IMG/VR virus record: IMGVR_UViG_3300006204_000008
Span: 1 to 64,000 of that record
Direction: 5' to 3' (one strand)
Origin: a virus
Lineage: Duplodnaviria > Caudoviricetes
Length of the DNA: 64,000 bases
Positions within the stretch are counted from its first letter, which is position 1. Each line of letters starts with the position of its first letter. The position numbers and the translations under genes are program-made. The notes beneath the pieces are model-generated. The model worked only from the letters and a program-made list of their open reading frames with translations, was not told the origin of the DNA and made no database searches. Positions 54,653 to 63,075 of this stretch are shown here, one piece after another.

Positions 54653-55144
54653 ATGGCATACGTTGCCCCCAACTGGAAGAATGGCGCGGCCCCAGCGCTG
54701 GACGCTGCCGCCTTGCAGGCAATCAGCGATGCCATTGTGGAGAACCAAGGAGATATTGCCTCACTCAAAACAGCAGTGGCAGAGAAAGCAGATGTGGTAA
54801 TCGGGTCCTATGTTGGCACGGGTGGCTATGGAAGTTCGCGCCCGTCTTCGCTCACATTCCCTAGTCCAGTCGAGTTTCTTTGGATATATGCTATTCGTTA
54901 TGGAGATGGCAGCATAGGCTCTACGCTTTATCGAGGGATGACTACCCTTCCCACCCTCACATTGTTGATGAATACTTGGCGCACGACACGCGGTTTTGAT
55001 CTTATTAACCACAGTTTGACTTCTGCCGCTGCAGCAAGGCGCACCAACTCTGGAAAAACTGTAGAGTGGTACAATAGTAATTCGGATAGTTCACAAGGTA
55101 GTATCAGTGGCTATACTTACTATTATTTGGCTGTATTGCAATAG
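54653..55144 (+). CDS. Cassette 5 putative receptor-binding protein
   Basis: Shared N-terminus; GSYVGTGGYGS..PSSLTF...WY...YTYYYLA head domain. Confidence 0.65.
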   Translation: MAYVAPNWKNGAAPALDAAALQAISDAIVENQGDIASLKTAVAEKADVVIGSYVGTGGYGSSRPSSLTFPSPVEFLWIYAIRYGDGSIGSTLYRGMTTLPTLTLLMNTWRTTRGFDLINHSLTSAAAARRTNSGKTVEWYNSNSDSSQGSISGYTYYYLAVLQ

Positions 55145-55189
55145 GTCAGTGCAGAGAGCAATTCTCTAAATAAGTAGAAGGAGCATAAA

Positions 55190-55525
55190 ATGAAACTAAT
55201 CGAAATCGCCGCTCTGGAAAACGGGGCGCATAGAAACCAGGAAATCTATGGGGTTGAAGATATGGAAATACCCAAGGGATACGCCGTCATCCCAGAGGAT
55301 ATGGAGATACCGGAAACCTTTCCGTTTGTGAACGTCAAGGCTGAGCCCGTGACACGCACGATGGATGTCGGCAGGGACGAAGAGGGCAACCCTGTTCAGG
55401 ACACCTTCGAGCGCATGGAGGTAGTGGAACTCACCCCAGGCGAAGTTCCACCCCCGGAGCCAGAGCCTCCCAGAGAGCCCACCGACAGCGAGATTTTAAG
55501 CGCCATGCTTGGTCTGGCGCAGTAA
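55190..55525 (+). CDS. Tail-fibre-associated protein (chaperone-like)
   Basis: Ends PEPEPPREPTDSEILSAMLG, typical of genes downstream of fibre genes. Confidence 0.5.
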   Translation: MKLIEIAALENGAHRNQEIYGVEDMEIPKGYAVIPEDMEIPETFPFVNVKAEPVTRTMDVGRDEEGNPVQDTFERMEVVELTPGEVPPPEPEPPREPTDSEILSAMLGLAQ

Positions 55526-55540
55526 GAGGAGGGAAACGAA

Positions 55541-55969
55541 ATGGACAAGCTGCAAGCAGCCGAACAGTTCCGCCGCACCTTACAGCTCTTTGCGGCAAGC
55601 TTGGGCGAGGATCAGGCCAGGGAAGTGGCAACCATCTACCCCCACTATGCGCCTGGGACTGTCTACACCAAGGGCCAGTACATCATTGCGGGGGAGGACG
55701 GCAACGGGGACCCGCTGCTTTATCGTGTTGAGCAGGACCACAGCAGTCAGGAGGATTGGCCCCCAAAGAGTACGCCGTCCCTCTATACCTGCCTCAGTCT
55801 GACGGAAGAAGGATATCCCATTTGGAGTCCGCCCAGCGGGGCGCAGGACGCTTATAACATGGGTGATATCGTTTCCTGCGACGGGAAGCTTTGGAAGTCG
55901 GAAATCGACGGGAACACGACGCAACCCGGGAGTGACGGGCGGTGGTGGAGTGTTTATCATGAGGAATGA
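55541..55969 (+). CDS. Protein with CBM5/12-like (ChtBD3-like) modules
   Basis: YTKGQYI...LYRVEQDHSSQ and AYNMGDIVSCDGKLWKS...WW. Confidence 0.6.
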   Translation: MDKLQAAEQFRRTLQLFAASLGEDQAREVATIYPHYAPGTVYTKGQYIIAGEDGNGDPLLYRVEQDHSSQEDWPPKSTPSLYTCLSLTEEGYPIWSPPSGAQDAYNMGDIVSCDGKLWKSEIDGNTTQPGSDGRWWSVYHEE

Positions 55970-55991
55970 GAACACACCCCACTGACATTGT

Positions 55992-56115
55992 TTGACATTC
56001 CCCAAGTTTATGGTATAATCAGCTTAATATGAAATTCCTCGTCGCAAGCAGGCGGCGGGAAGAGCCAAGCTGGGCTGTTTTCTCCTGAACAAGGGGAAGG
56101 CAGCCCAGCTTTTTT
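55992..56115 (+). promoter_or_regulatory. Late-operon leader 3: promoter, conserved motif, intrinsic terminator
   Basis: TTGACA(55992)-16-TATAAT(56014); CCTCGTCGCAAGCAGGCGGCGGGAAGAGCCA at 56037-56067; AGCTGGGCTG...CAGCCCAGCT plus T run. Confidence 0.8.
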
Positions 56116-56137
56116 CAAAGGGAGAGGAGGTCAGACG

Positions 56138-58225
56138 GTGCTTTTCCAACCCACGAACATCACCCCATCCCTGCGGGGAGAGCTGGGAAACGGGACGGTG
56201 GACGCTACCAAGGATTTGACAGTTTCCTGGCAGGTCAACGGCAATTCACCGCTGACGGCCTTCCAGATCGTGATCTATCAAAACAACACCTCCAGCACCC
56301 AGGTATACACCACGGGAAAGAAAACGGACAACTGTCCGTTCTACGGAACCAACTACGCCGGGGCTGTGGAGACTTTTTCGTATACCATCCCCAAGGCGGC
56401 GCTTTCCGGCGCAGGCATCACAAATGGGAAGGAATATAAGTTGGTCATCACCCAGTGGTGGAGCAGTTCGGAGAGCGTGGTACAGACCAGCGCGGCGGCG
56501 TTTCTCACCCGGGCGGCGCCATCCTTGGCTTTGAAGAGTTTCCCGCCGGTCCTGGCAGTACGCTTGTATACCTTTGAGGCCAACTACACCCAGGCCCAGG
56601 GTGATGTCCTGAACTGGGTGCGCTGGCAGATCGCCCTGCAGTCTGACGTGGGCAATCCCCTTTACGACAGCCACAACATTTACGGGACCGCAGAGCTGAA
56701 GGTCTCTTATGACGGCTTTTTCTCCGGCGGGGCCTATGCAGTGCGCTGCCGGGTTCAGACGGTGAACGGTGTGGAGGCGGATACGGGCTGGGTGAGTTTC
56801 CGGGTGAACTACGCATCCTCCATGCTGGAGGGCGTTGTGACAGCCCGCTGCGCTTCCGGGCAGAAGAGCGCAGTGCGGGTGGAATGGCCCGCCATCTCCT
56901 ACACACCGGGGAGCGGCACGGGGAGCTGGAGCGTGAGCGAGGGGATCTTGAATCTGTCCCCCGGGTCCTCCGTTACTTGGGATACCACCAACGGGAAGGG
57001 TTTGGTATTCCCGGCCCCGTGGTCCATTCTCTATAAAACGGCCCTGGGGGGTGTGAGCGCAGCCCTTATCACCATGACTACCGGTGGCGGAACGCTGGCA
57101 GTGAGCTATAACGCGGCCAACCTGACCCTGAGCATCACTCTGGGGGGAACGACGCTGGCGGCGTGGTCCGGGCTGACAGCCAACGCCCAGCTCAACATGG
57201 TATTGACCCCGACGGCCCTCTACCTTTATAAGCTGGAGTATACCGGAGGGCTATATCCTTCGGCAACCCTGTTTCCTGGTCCCAACCTCTTCCCTATGGC
57301 GGACAACTTTCCCACTGTGGGGCAGCAGGCTTTTTCCCTGCGCTATACCCAGGGCAGTATCGCCAGCGTCACCTTGGGGGCAGTACAGAGCTGCGATTTT
57401 ATCGAGATCATCCAGAGGGAACCGTCCAGCGCGGCCATTCAGGCGCTGTACAACGGACGGCCTTATACACCCGTTTACGATTCCAACACCTACCTGCTGG
57501 CGGACTTCTCCAACGGCCTGAACGCCGGGAACCTGGGGAACAACAGCAGCGGAGAGCTGACGGGACTGGCCCTCTACCGCCGGAAGGGGAGCGGGGGCAA
57601 TTTGAAGCATTTGGCAGATCTGCCGCTGACCACCGTGGGCGTCTATGACTACGGCGCGGCCAGTCAGCAGGGACCCTATGTCTACTACCTTTTCCCACTG
57701 GGTACTGACACTTATATTGCATCGCCTATTCAATCCGGGGAGATCGTTCCGTGCTTTTGGAACTGGTCTATCCTCTCCTGTGTGGATGGGACAAGGGAAG
57801 GGGAGTATCAGGTCCAGGCGGAGTACCGCTTTGGGAAGAACTTGGTCAGCGGGAGTATGAGCAACAACAACGCCCCAAACGTGATGAAGAATTTCACCCG
57901 TTATCCCACGATCCAGCCGGAGCCGAGCAATTATCTTTCCGGTACCCTGCAAAGCCTGATCGGCATCATCGACTACCGGGACGGGAACGGCTACAGCGAC
58001 ACCCTGGACTTGCGCGATGAAATCTACGAGCTGTCCACCACGTCGAACACTCTCTTCTTGAAGAACCGGAAGGGGGATCTGTTTCCGATTCGCCTGAGCG
58101 ACGCCACGTCCATGGAGACTATGGACGCCAGCCGGGAGCAGGCCCAGAGCGTGTCCCTGTCTTGGGCGCAGACCGGCAGCGGGGAGGGTGTGTCCCTGCT
58201 GGCCTATACCGATATTGATGCCTGA
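56138..58225 (+). CDS. Distal tail/baseplate protein with FN3/Ig-like domains
   Basis: Beta-rich, FN3-like LTVSWQVNG; LYPSATLFPGPNLFP repeat; Dit-like C-terminus. Confidence 0.6.
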   Translation: MLFQPTNITPSLRGELGNGTVDATKDLTVSWQVNGNSPLTAFQIVIYQNNTSSTQVYTTGKKTDNCPFYGTNYAGAVETFSYTIPKAALSGAGITNGKEYKLVITQWWSSSESVVQTSAAAFLTRAAPSLALKSFPPVLAVRLYTFEANYTQAQGDVLNWVRWQIALQSDVGNPLYDSHNIYGTAELKVSYDGFFSGGAYAVRCRVQTVNGVEADTGWVSFRVNYASSMLEGVVTARCASGQKSAVRVEWPAISYTPGSGTGSWSVSEGILNLSPGSSVTWDTTNGKGLVFPAPWSILYKTALGGVSAALITMTTGGGTLAVSYNAANLTLSITLGGTTLAAWSGLTANAQLNMVLTPTALYLYKLEYTGGLYPSATLFPGPNLFPMADNFPTVGQQAFSLRYTQGSIASVTLGAVQSCDFIEIIQREPSSAAIQALYNGRPYTPVYDSNTYLLADFSNGLNAGNLGNNSSGELTGLALYRRKGSGGNLKHLADLPLTTVGVYDYGAASQQGPYVYYLFPLGTDTYIASPIQSGEIVPCFWNWSILSCVDGTREGEYQVQAEYRFGKNLVSGSMSNNNAPNVMKNFTRYPTIQPEPSNYLSGTLQSLIGIIDYRDGNGYSDTLDLRDEIYELSTTSNTLFLKNRKGDLFPIRLSDATSMETMDASREQAQSVSLSWAQTGSGEGVSLLAYTDIDA

Positions 58226-58280
58226 GTTTTAACCTGGTCGAAATCGACCCCTTTACTCAAAACAGAAGGAGGGAATCGCT

Positions 58281-61200
58281 GTGGCCTACTTCGCCGCCAC
58301 CGGAAGCGAACAGAGCTTTACCATGCCCAAAGCGGGGCGGTATTACATAGATGTGGCCGGCGCGGAAGGCGCTGTGGGCAACAGCTATTCCGGCAGCTAT
58401 GGGTCTGTCCCCGGCAAGGGAGCCAGACTTCGCCTGCTGGTAGATCTGGCCGCAGGGGATGTTCTGACGGTCATCGTCGGCAAGCAGGGAAAGGGGACCA
58501 ACGGGACCGCGAAGGATGGTGCTTCCGGCGGGTCCGGCGGCGGGACCTTCGTTTTCAAGCGGATTGCTTCCGTCACCAACGCCAACTATCAGTTCACCAA
58601 GAACGGGGTGAACTACGAGGTGTTGGCCGTAGCCGCCGGCGGCGGCGGGACCGGGGACCAGAGCTATAAATCAGCGGTGAGCAACGGGGCCAACGGCCTT
58701 GGCGCAGCATATAAGCATCCGGGAAACTATGTGGCCTGGTCCACCCAGACGGCAAGCCTGACCTCCTCTGTGAGCCTGTCCGCCCCGCTGAGTATTTCTC
58801 AGTATATCGCCAACGGAGCTGGGGGTGCTTACTATACCCGCGGTTCCTCCACAGGCACCGGAGGATTTGGCATGGGCGGAGCCACGGATGACAATCCCTC
58901 CTGCGGCGGCGGCTGGTCCGGCAATAACACGGGGGTCTATTCCTGGGCCATCAACACCAGTGCCATAGGCGAGGACGGGGCCAACAGCGGGGATGGTTAC
59001 GCGGAGATCACCGAGCTGAAAACCATGCTGACCAACCTGATTCCCAACCCCAGCTTTGAGACGACGGCGGATTGGTCCGGGCTGACCCGTTCCACCACCT
59101 ATGCAGATTTTGGGCAATATTCCTCCCGCCTGGGGAGCACGTCAGGCACCGGCACCTATATCAATACGGTCAAGCCCACCAAGCCCCCGGTGAAGGGGCA
59201 CAAATACTATGGGCGGCACTATCTGCGCACCACCACCAATGTCACCACGGCGGATAACCGCTTTGAACTCTACGCCGGAGACGGTGCGGGGCTGAACTTC
59301 GTGTTTGGCAACAACGGCGGAAATCACCCCCAGTGGGATATGGAGTCTAAGATCATCACGCTGACCACACTGGCCTCCGCCGCGTCCAACTACAGCATCC
59401 GCAACTTTACGGTCAACGCCTCCAATTATGTCTACTGCGACGGGCTGATGCTCATTGACCTGACTGCAGCCTTCGGGGCCGGGAACGAGCCCAGCAAGGA
59501 GTGGTGCGACCGGGTGATCCCCTTCTTCGAGGGGACCAGGGCGGTGACCGTGCGGGCCAAGGCCACCATTACCAGGCAGCCGGTGAGCGGGAGCTATATC
59601 ATCAACACCGCCGCCTCGGCCCTGACGGTTGCCGCCACGGGACAGGGGACGCTTTCTTATCAGTGGCAGCGGTCCAGCAACGGCAGCAGCTGGACCAATA
59701 TTTCTGGGGCGACGGGGACCGCCTACACCCCGCCGACAACGGCCCTTGGAACCATCTATTACCGCTGTGTGGTGACGGATACCCTGGGCGCCCCGGCCCT
59801 GTATCCCTCCACCGCACTTTATCCTGGAACCGTGCTGTACCCCATGGCGGAGGGTCTTTACGACACAGCGGCCACCAACAGCACGGCGGTGACGGTACTG
59901 GTTTACGGAGCGGTGGCCCCCACTATCACCACCCAGCCTGTGAGCGCCACCTACGATAACAGCGAGACACCGGTTCCTCTGACTGTAGCGGCGTCGCCTC
60001 CAGCCAACGGGACCCTGGAATACCAGTGGCAGAACAGCCCCAACGGAAATACCTGGACGAATATCTCTGGAGCTACAGGGACCAGCTATACACCGCCCAC
60101 CAGCACCAACGGGTCCATTTCCTACCGCTGCGTGGTGACGAACGTGGTTCAGTCTGACCGCAAGTCCACCAATTCCAACACGGCTACCATTACCATCCGA
60201 GGTGCCGTAGCACCTACGATCAGCGCACAGCCCCAGAGTTCGGCCTATGGACTGGAGGACACGCCGGCGCCTTTAAGCGTGACAGCGTCCACCACCCAGG
60301 GAACGCTGAGCTATCAGTGGTCGGTGTCTGGGGACGGGGGCATCACCTGGGCCAATATCGCCGGAGCCACGTCCAGTACCTACACCCCGCCCACGGACAG
60401 CACGGGGACGAAGCAATACCGGGTGACGGTGACCAGCACAGTGGGCATCTCTACCGCTTCTGTGGTTTCTGACCCGGCCAGCGTTACGGTTTACGCCGCA
60501 ACAATACCGGTATTTACCAGGCAGCCCACCGGGGCCACCTATGACCATGGGGCAGAGGCCGCGCCTCTGACAGCGGCGGCAAGTGCGGAATGGGGCGCTG
60601 TTCTTTATCAGTGGGAACGGTCCGAGGATGCCGGCGCAAGCTGGAGCGAGATCCCGGGAGCCACGGCGGCTTCCTACATGCCCCCGACCACCCCGGGTGG
60701 GACGGTTTCCTACCGGCTCAAGGCCACCAATATCGTTGGCCCTACCTCCGAAAGCGCCTATTCCGACACTGCGGTCATTACCATCCTGTCGGCCTCCGCG
60801 CCTGTGTTTGCCGCGCCCCTGAGCGGGGCGGAATACGATCAGGGAGATCCGACGACCGCTCTGATCGGAACGGCCGCATCCCCGCATGGTACCGTGACTT
60901 ATCAGTGGTACGGCAGGACGGGAAGTGGGGCTTTCTCCGCCCTCACAGGCCAGACTGCCGCAGCCTTTACGCCGCCCAGCGCGGCCCAGGGTGTGTATCA
61001 ATACTACGTCGTTGCCACCAACACCGTGGGGACTTCCACGGCCACGGCCCAAAGCAATACCGTCACCATCACGGTCTATGGGGCCACGGAGCCGATCTTT
61101 ACGGTTCAGCCAGTGAGTGCGGATTATATTGAAAACGACCCGGCAGCGGCTCTGACTGTTGCGGCCACCGTGGAGCGGGGAAGCCTTGCCTTCCAGTGGC

Positions 61201-62933
61201 AGTTGTCTCGGGGGACGGTCCGGGCGTGGTCTGATATCCCGGGGGCAGACGCAAACGCTTATACACCACCTACCAGTGTCCCGGGAACATACCAGTACCG
61301 CTGTGTAGCGGTGAATACCGTGGGTACCTCCGTCGCTACCAGCTTTTCGGAGACGGCGCAGATCACGGTGACAGCGGCCCAGGTCCCTGTTTTCCTGCAT
61401 CCGCTGGTCAATGCCACCTACAGTCTGCTTTCCCTCACCGGGGAGCTGGACGGCACGGCGGAGGTCACGGACGGGGGTACTATCACTTACCGGTGGTTCA
61501 TGGCAGAGAAGGGACAGTCCTTTGTGGAAATCCCTGACGCGGTGTATGCTGCCTATCAGCCCAAGTCCATCACGGCAGGGGTATGGCAATACTACGTCAT
61601 CGCTACTAACACGCTCCATAACTCCGTACGCAGCGCCACGTCCAATACGGCGGAAATTACTATCATCGACCGGCGGTGGACGGCGGCGGAGAAGATGCGG
61701 GACTATCTAAACCAGCTCCGCACACCCTTTGTAAAATTGTGCCGCCTGCGTTTCCTTCAGCCCGACGGGTCCACGGCCTTTGCCCTGGACAACAACCCCT
61801 TTAACCGCCGCAGTGGGGCTTTTATCGCCGACGGGAGCATTTCATGCAACCTCCAGAACGGCACCCGCCGTACAGCCACGGTGAATCTCTCAAACCTCGA
61901 TGCCGCCTACGACTACAACCTCAACATGGTTTGGTTCGGTCAGGAGATCGCCATCGATGAGGGCCTTGTCCTCTCCAATGGGGAGGACTACTACATCCAG
62001 CAGGGAATCTTCTGTGTGGAAAGCCCAACGGAGACCGTAGAGCCAGGGAACCGGGTGGCCCAATACAATCTTACTGATAAATGGTCCATGCTGGACGGAA
62101 CGTTGTTTGGCTACCTGGAGGGGACGTATGAGGTGAAAGTGAACACCAACATTTTTGAGCCGATTCAAGCGATCTTGTCCTTGGACCGGGGGAATGGGCG
62201 GAAAGTAGATGCTGTGCCACCGGTTTTCACGGAATATTACAACACAAAAACCCAAAAACTTGCGGACGGAACTACAGTCAAGCTAACTGATTCTCCGTAT
62301 ACTCTTCGTGTTGATGGGGAGAGCGGGTCCTATGGAGACGTGGTTCTGGGGATGGCGGAGATGGTAAATGCCTGGGTCGGCTACGATTCCGCAGGTGCCC
62401 TGCGCCTGGACCCATCCCAGGATGATATCCTTGACACGGACAAACCCATACTCTGGCGTTTCTCCATGGAGGAGGCACAGTTATTGGGCGCAGCCTACAC
62501 GGTGAAAAACACGGAAGTCTACAATGATTACATCGTGATCGGCGAACAGTTGGATGACAACAGCCAGCCTGCGGGTCGGGCCACCAACTTAGACCCCATG
62601 AGCGACACCAATGTACAGACCATAGGCCGCAAGACGTTCCGGCAGAGCGCGGCGGGATACGCCACAAAACAGCAATGTGAAGACAGAGCTGTTTGGGAAC
62701 TGAAACGGTCTGCGGGATTGCAAAAGGCGGTGTCTATCTCCTGTACGCAGATGTTCCACCTTGAGGAAAACAACCTTGTCACCGTGACCCGGACGGACAA
62801 GCCGGGGTCTCCGGTAGAGCGGCACCTGATCATGGGCTTTGAGCGGCCCTTGGCAGGCACAGGGGAGATGACCATCACGGCAGTGTCGGTGAATGATTAC
62901 CCAAACGCCACGGTGACGGGTTGGCCGGAGTGA
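58281..62933 (+). CDS. Large tail protein: glycine-rich domain, CBM-like domain, seven Ig-like repeats, C-terminal hub-like domain
   Basis: GGxGGG motifs; NLIPNPSFE...DLTAAFGAGNEPSKEWCD; seven P.(I/F)..(Q)P...Y...L......YQW...Y repeats; C-terminal IVIGE...GRK...A.WEL. Confidence 0.8.
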   Translation: MAYFAATGSEQSFTMPKAGRYYIDVAGAEGAVGNSYSGSYGSVPGKGARLRLLVDLAAGDVLTVIVGKQGKGTNGTAKDGASGGSGGGTFVFKRIASVTNANYQFTKNGVNYEVLAVAAGGGGTGDQSYKSAVSNGANGLGAAYKHPGNYVAWSTQTASLTSSVSLSAPLSISQYIANGAGGAYYTRGSSTGTGGFGMGGATDDNPSCGGGWSGNNTGVYSWAINTSAIGEDGANSGDGYAEITELKTMLTNLIPNPSFETTADWSGLTRSTTYADFGQYSSRLGSTSGTGTYINTVKPTKPPVKGHKYYGRHYLRTTTNVTTADNRFELYAGDGAGLNFVFGNNGGNHPQWDMESKIITLTTLASAASNYSIRNFTVNASNYVYCDGLMLIDLTAAFGAGNEPSKEWCDRVIPFFEGTRAVTVRAKATITRQPVSGSYIINTAASALTVAATGQGTLSYQWQRSSNGSSWTNISGATGTAYTPPTTALGTIYYRCVVTDTLGAPALYPSTALYPGTVLYPMAEGLYDTAATNSTAVTVLVYGAVAPTITTQPVSATYDNSETPVPLTVAASPPANGTLEYQWQNSPNGNTWTNISGATGTSYTPPTSTNGSISYRCVVTNVVQSDRKSTNSNTATITIRGAVAPTISAQPQSSAYGLEDTPAPLSVTASTTQGTLSYQWSVSGDGGITWANIAGATSSTYTPPTDSTGTKQYRVTVTSTVGISTASVVSDPASVTVYAATIPVFTRQPTGATYDHGAEAAPLTAAASAEWGAVLYQWERSEDAGASWSEIPGATAASYMPPTTPGGTVSYRLKATNIVGPTSESAYSDTAVITILSASAPVFAAPLSGAEYDQGDPTTALIGTAASPHGTVTYQWYGRTGSGAFSALTGQTAAAFTPPSAAQGVYQYYVVATNTVGTSTATAQSNTVTITVYGATEPIFTVQPVSADYIENDPAAALTVAATVERGSLAFQWQLSRGTVRAWSDIPGADANAYTPPTSVPGTYQYRCVAVNTVGTSVATSFSETAQITVTAAQVPVFLHPLVNATYSLLSLTGELDGTAEVTDGGTITYRWFMAEKGQSFVEIPDAVYAAYQPKSITAGVWQYYVIATNTLHNSVRSATSNTAEITIIDRRWTAAEKMRDYLNQLRTPFVKLCRLRFLQPDGSTAFALDNNPFNRRSGAFIADGSISCNLQNGTRRTATVNLSNLDAAYDYNLNMVWFGQEIAIDEGLVLSNGEDYYIQQGIFCVESPTETVEPGNRVAQYNLTDKWSMLDGTLFGYLEGTYEVKVNTNIFEPIQAILSLDRGNGRKVDAVPPVFTEYYNTKTQKLADGTTVKLTDSPYTLRVDGESGSYGDVVLGMAEMVNAWVGYDSAGALRLDPSQDDILDTDKPILWRFSMEEAQLLGAAYTVKNTEVYNDYIVIGEQLDDNSQPAGRATNLDPMSDTNVQTIGRKTFRQSAAGYATKQQCEDRAVWELKRSAGLQKAVSISCTQMFHLEENNLVTVTRTDKPGSPVERHLIMGFERPLAGTGEMTITAVSVNDYPNATVTGWPE

Positions 62934-62987
62934 TTTTAGGGCTGTGATACAATGAGAGATAAGATGACAGGAAGGAGAGATATGACT

Positions 62988-63050
62988 ATGGCGAAATACA
63001 CAATTACCAGTAAATCCCAACGGGGGGGGGGTGCCTCCATAACACCCTAG
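62988..63050 (+). CDS. Poly-G leader peptide 6 (MAKYTITSKSQRGGGASITP*), G10 at 63022-63031
   Basis: AAGGAG SD; with 8 or 11 G it would end at TGA 63074-63076, overlapping ATG 63076. Confidence 0.7.
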   Translation: MAKYTITSKSQRGGGASITP

Positions 63051-63075
63051 GCACCTTGCACAAGGGGGTGGCGTG

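Noticed and set aside
2486-61619. Long antisense ORFs in the track (e.g. 3469-4968, 29800-31263, 39010-40659, 42473-44068, 50205-51863, 60273-61619)
   Set aside because: They lie opposite well-supported genes in GC-rich sequence and have no recognisable motifs; treated as shadow ORFs.
13295-63031. G tracts as mere sequencing or assembly homopolymer errors that break single genes
   Set aside because: No G count gives a continuous leader-plus-gene fusion, because stops block two frames and the third ends at the downstream start. Exact counts may still be wrong.
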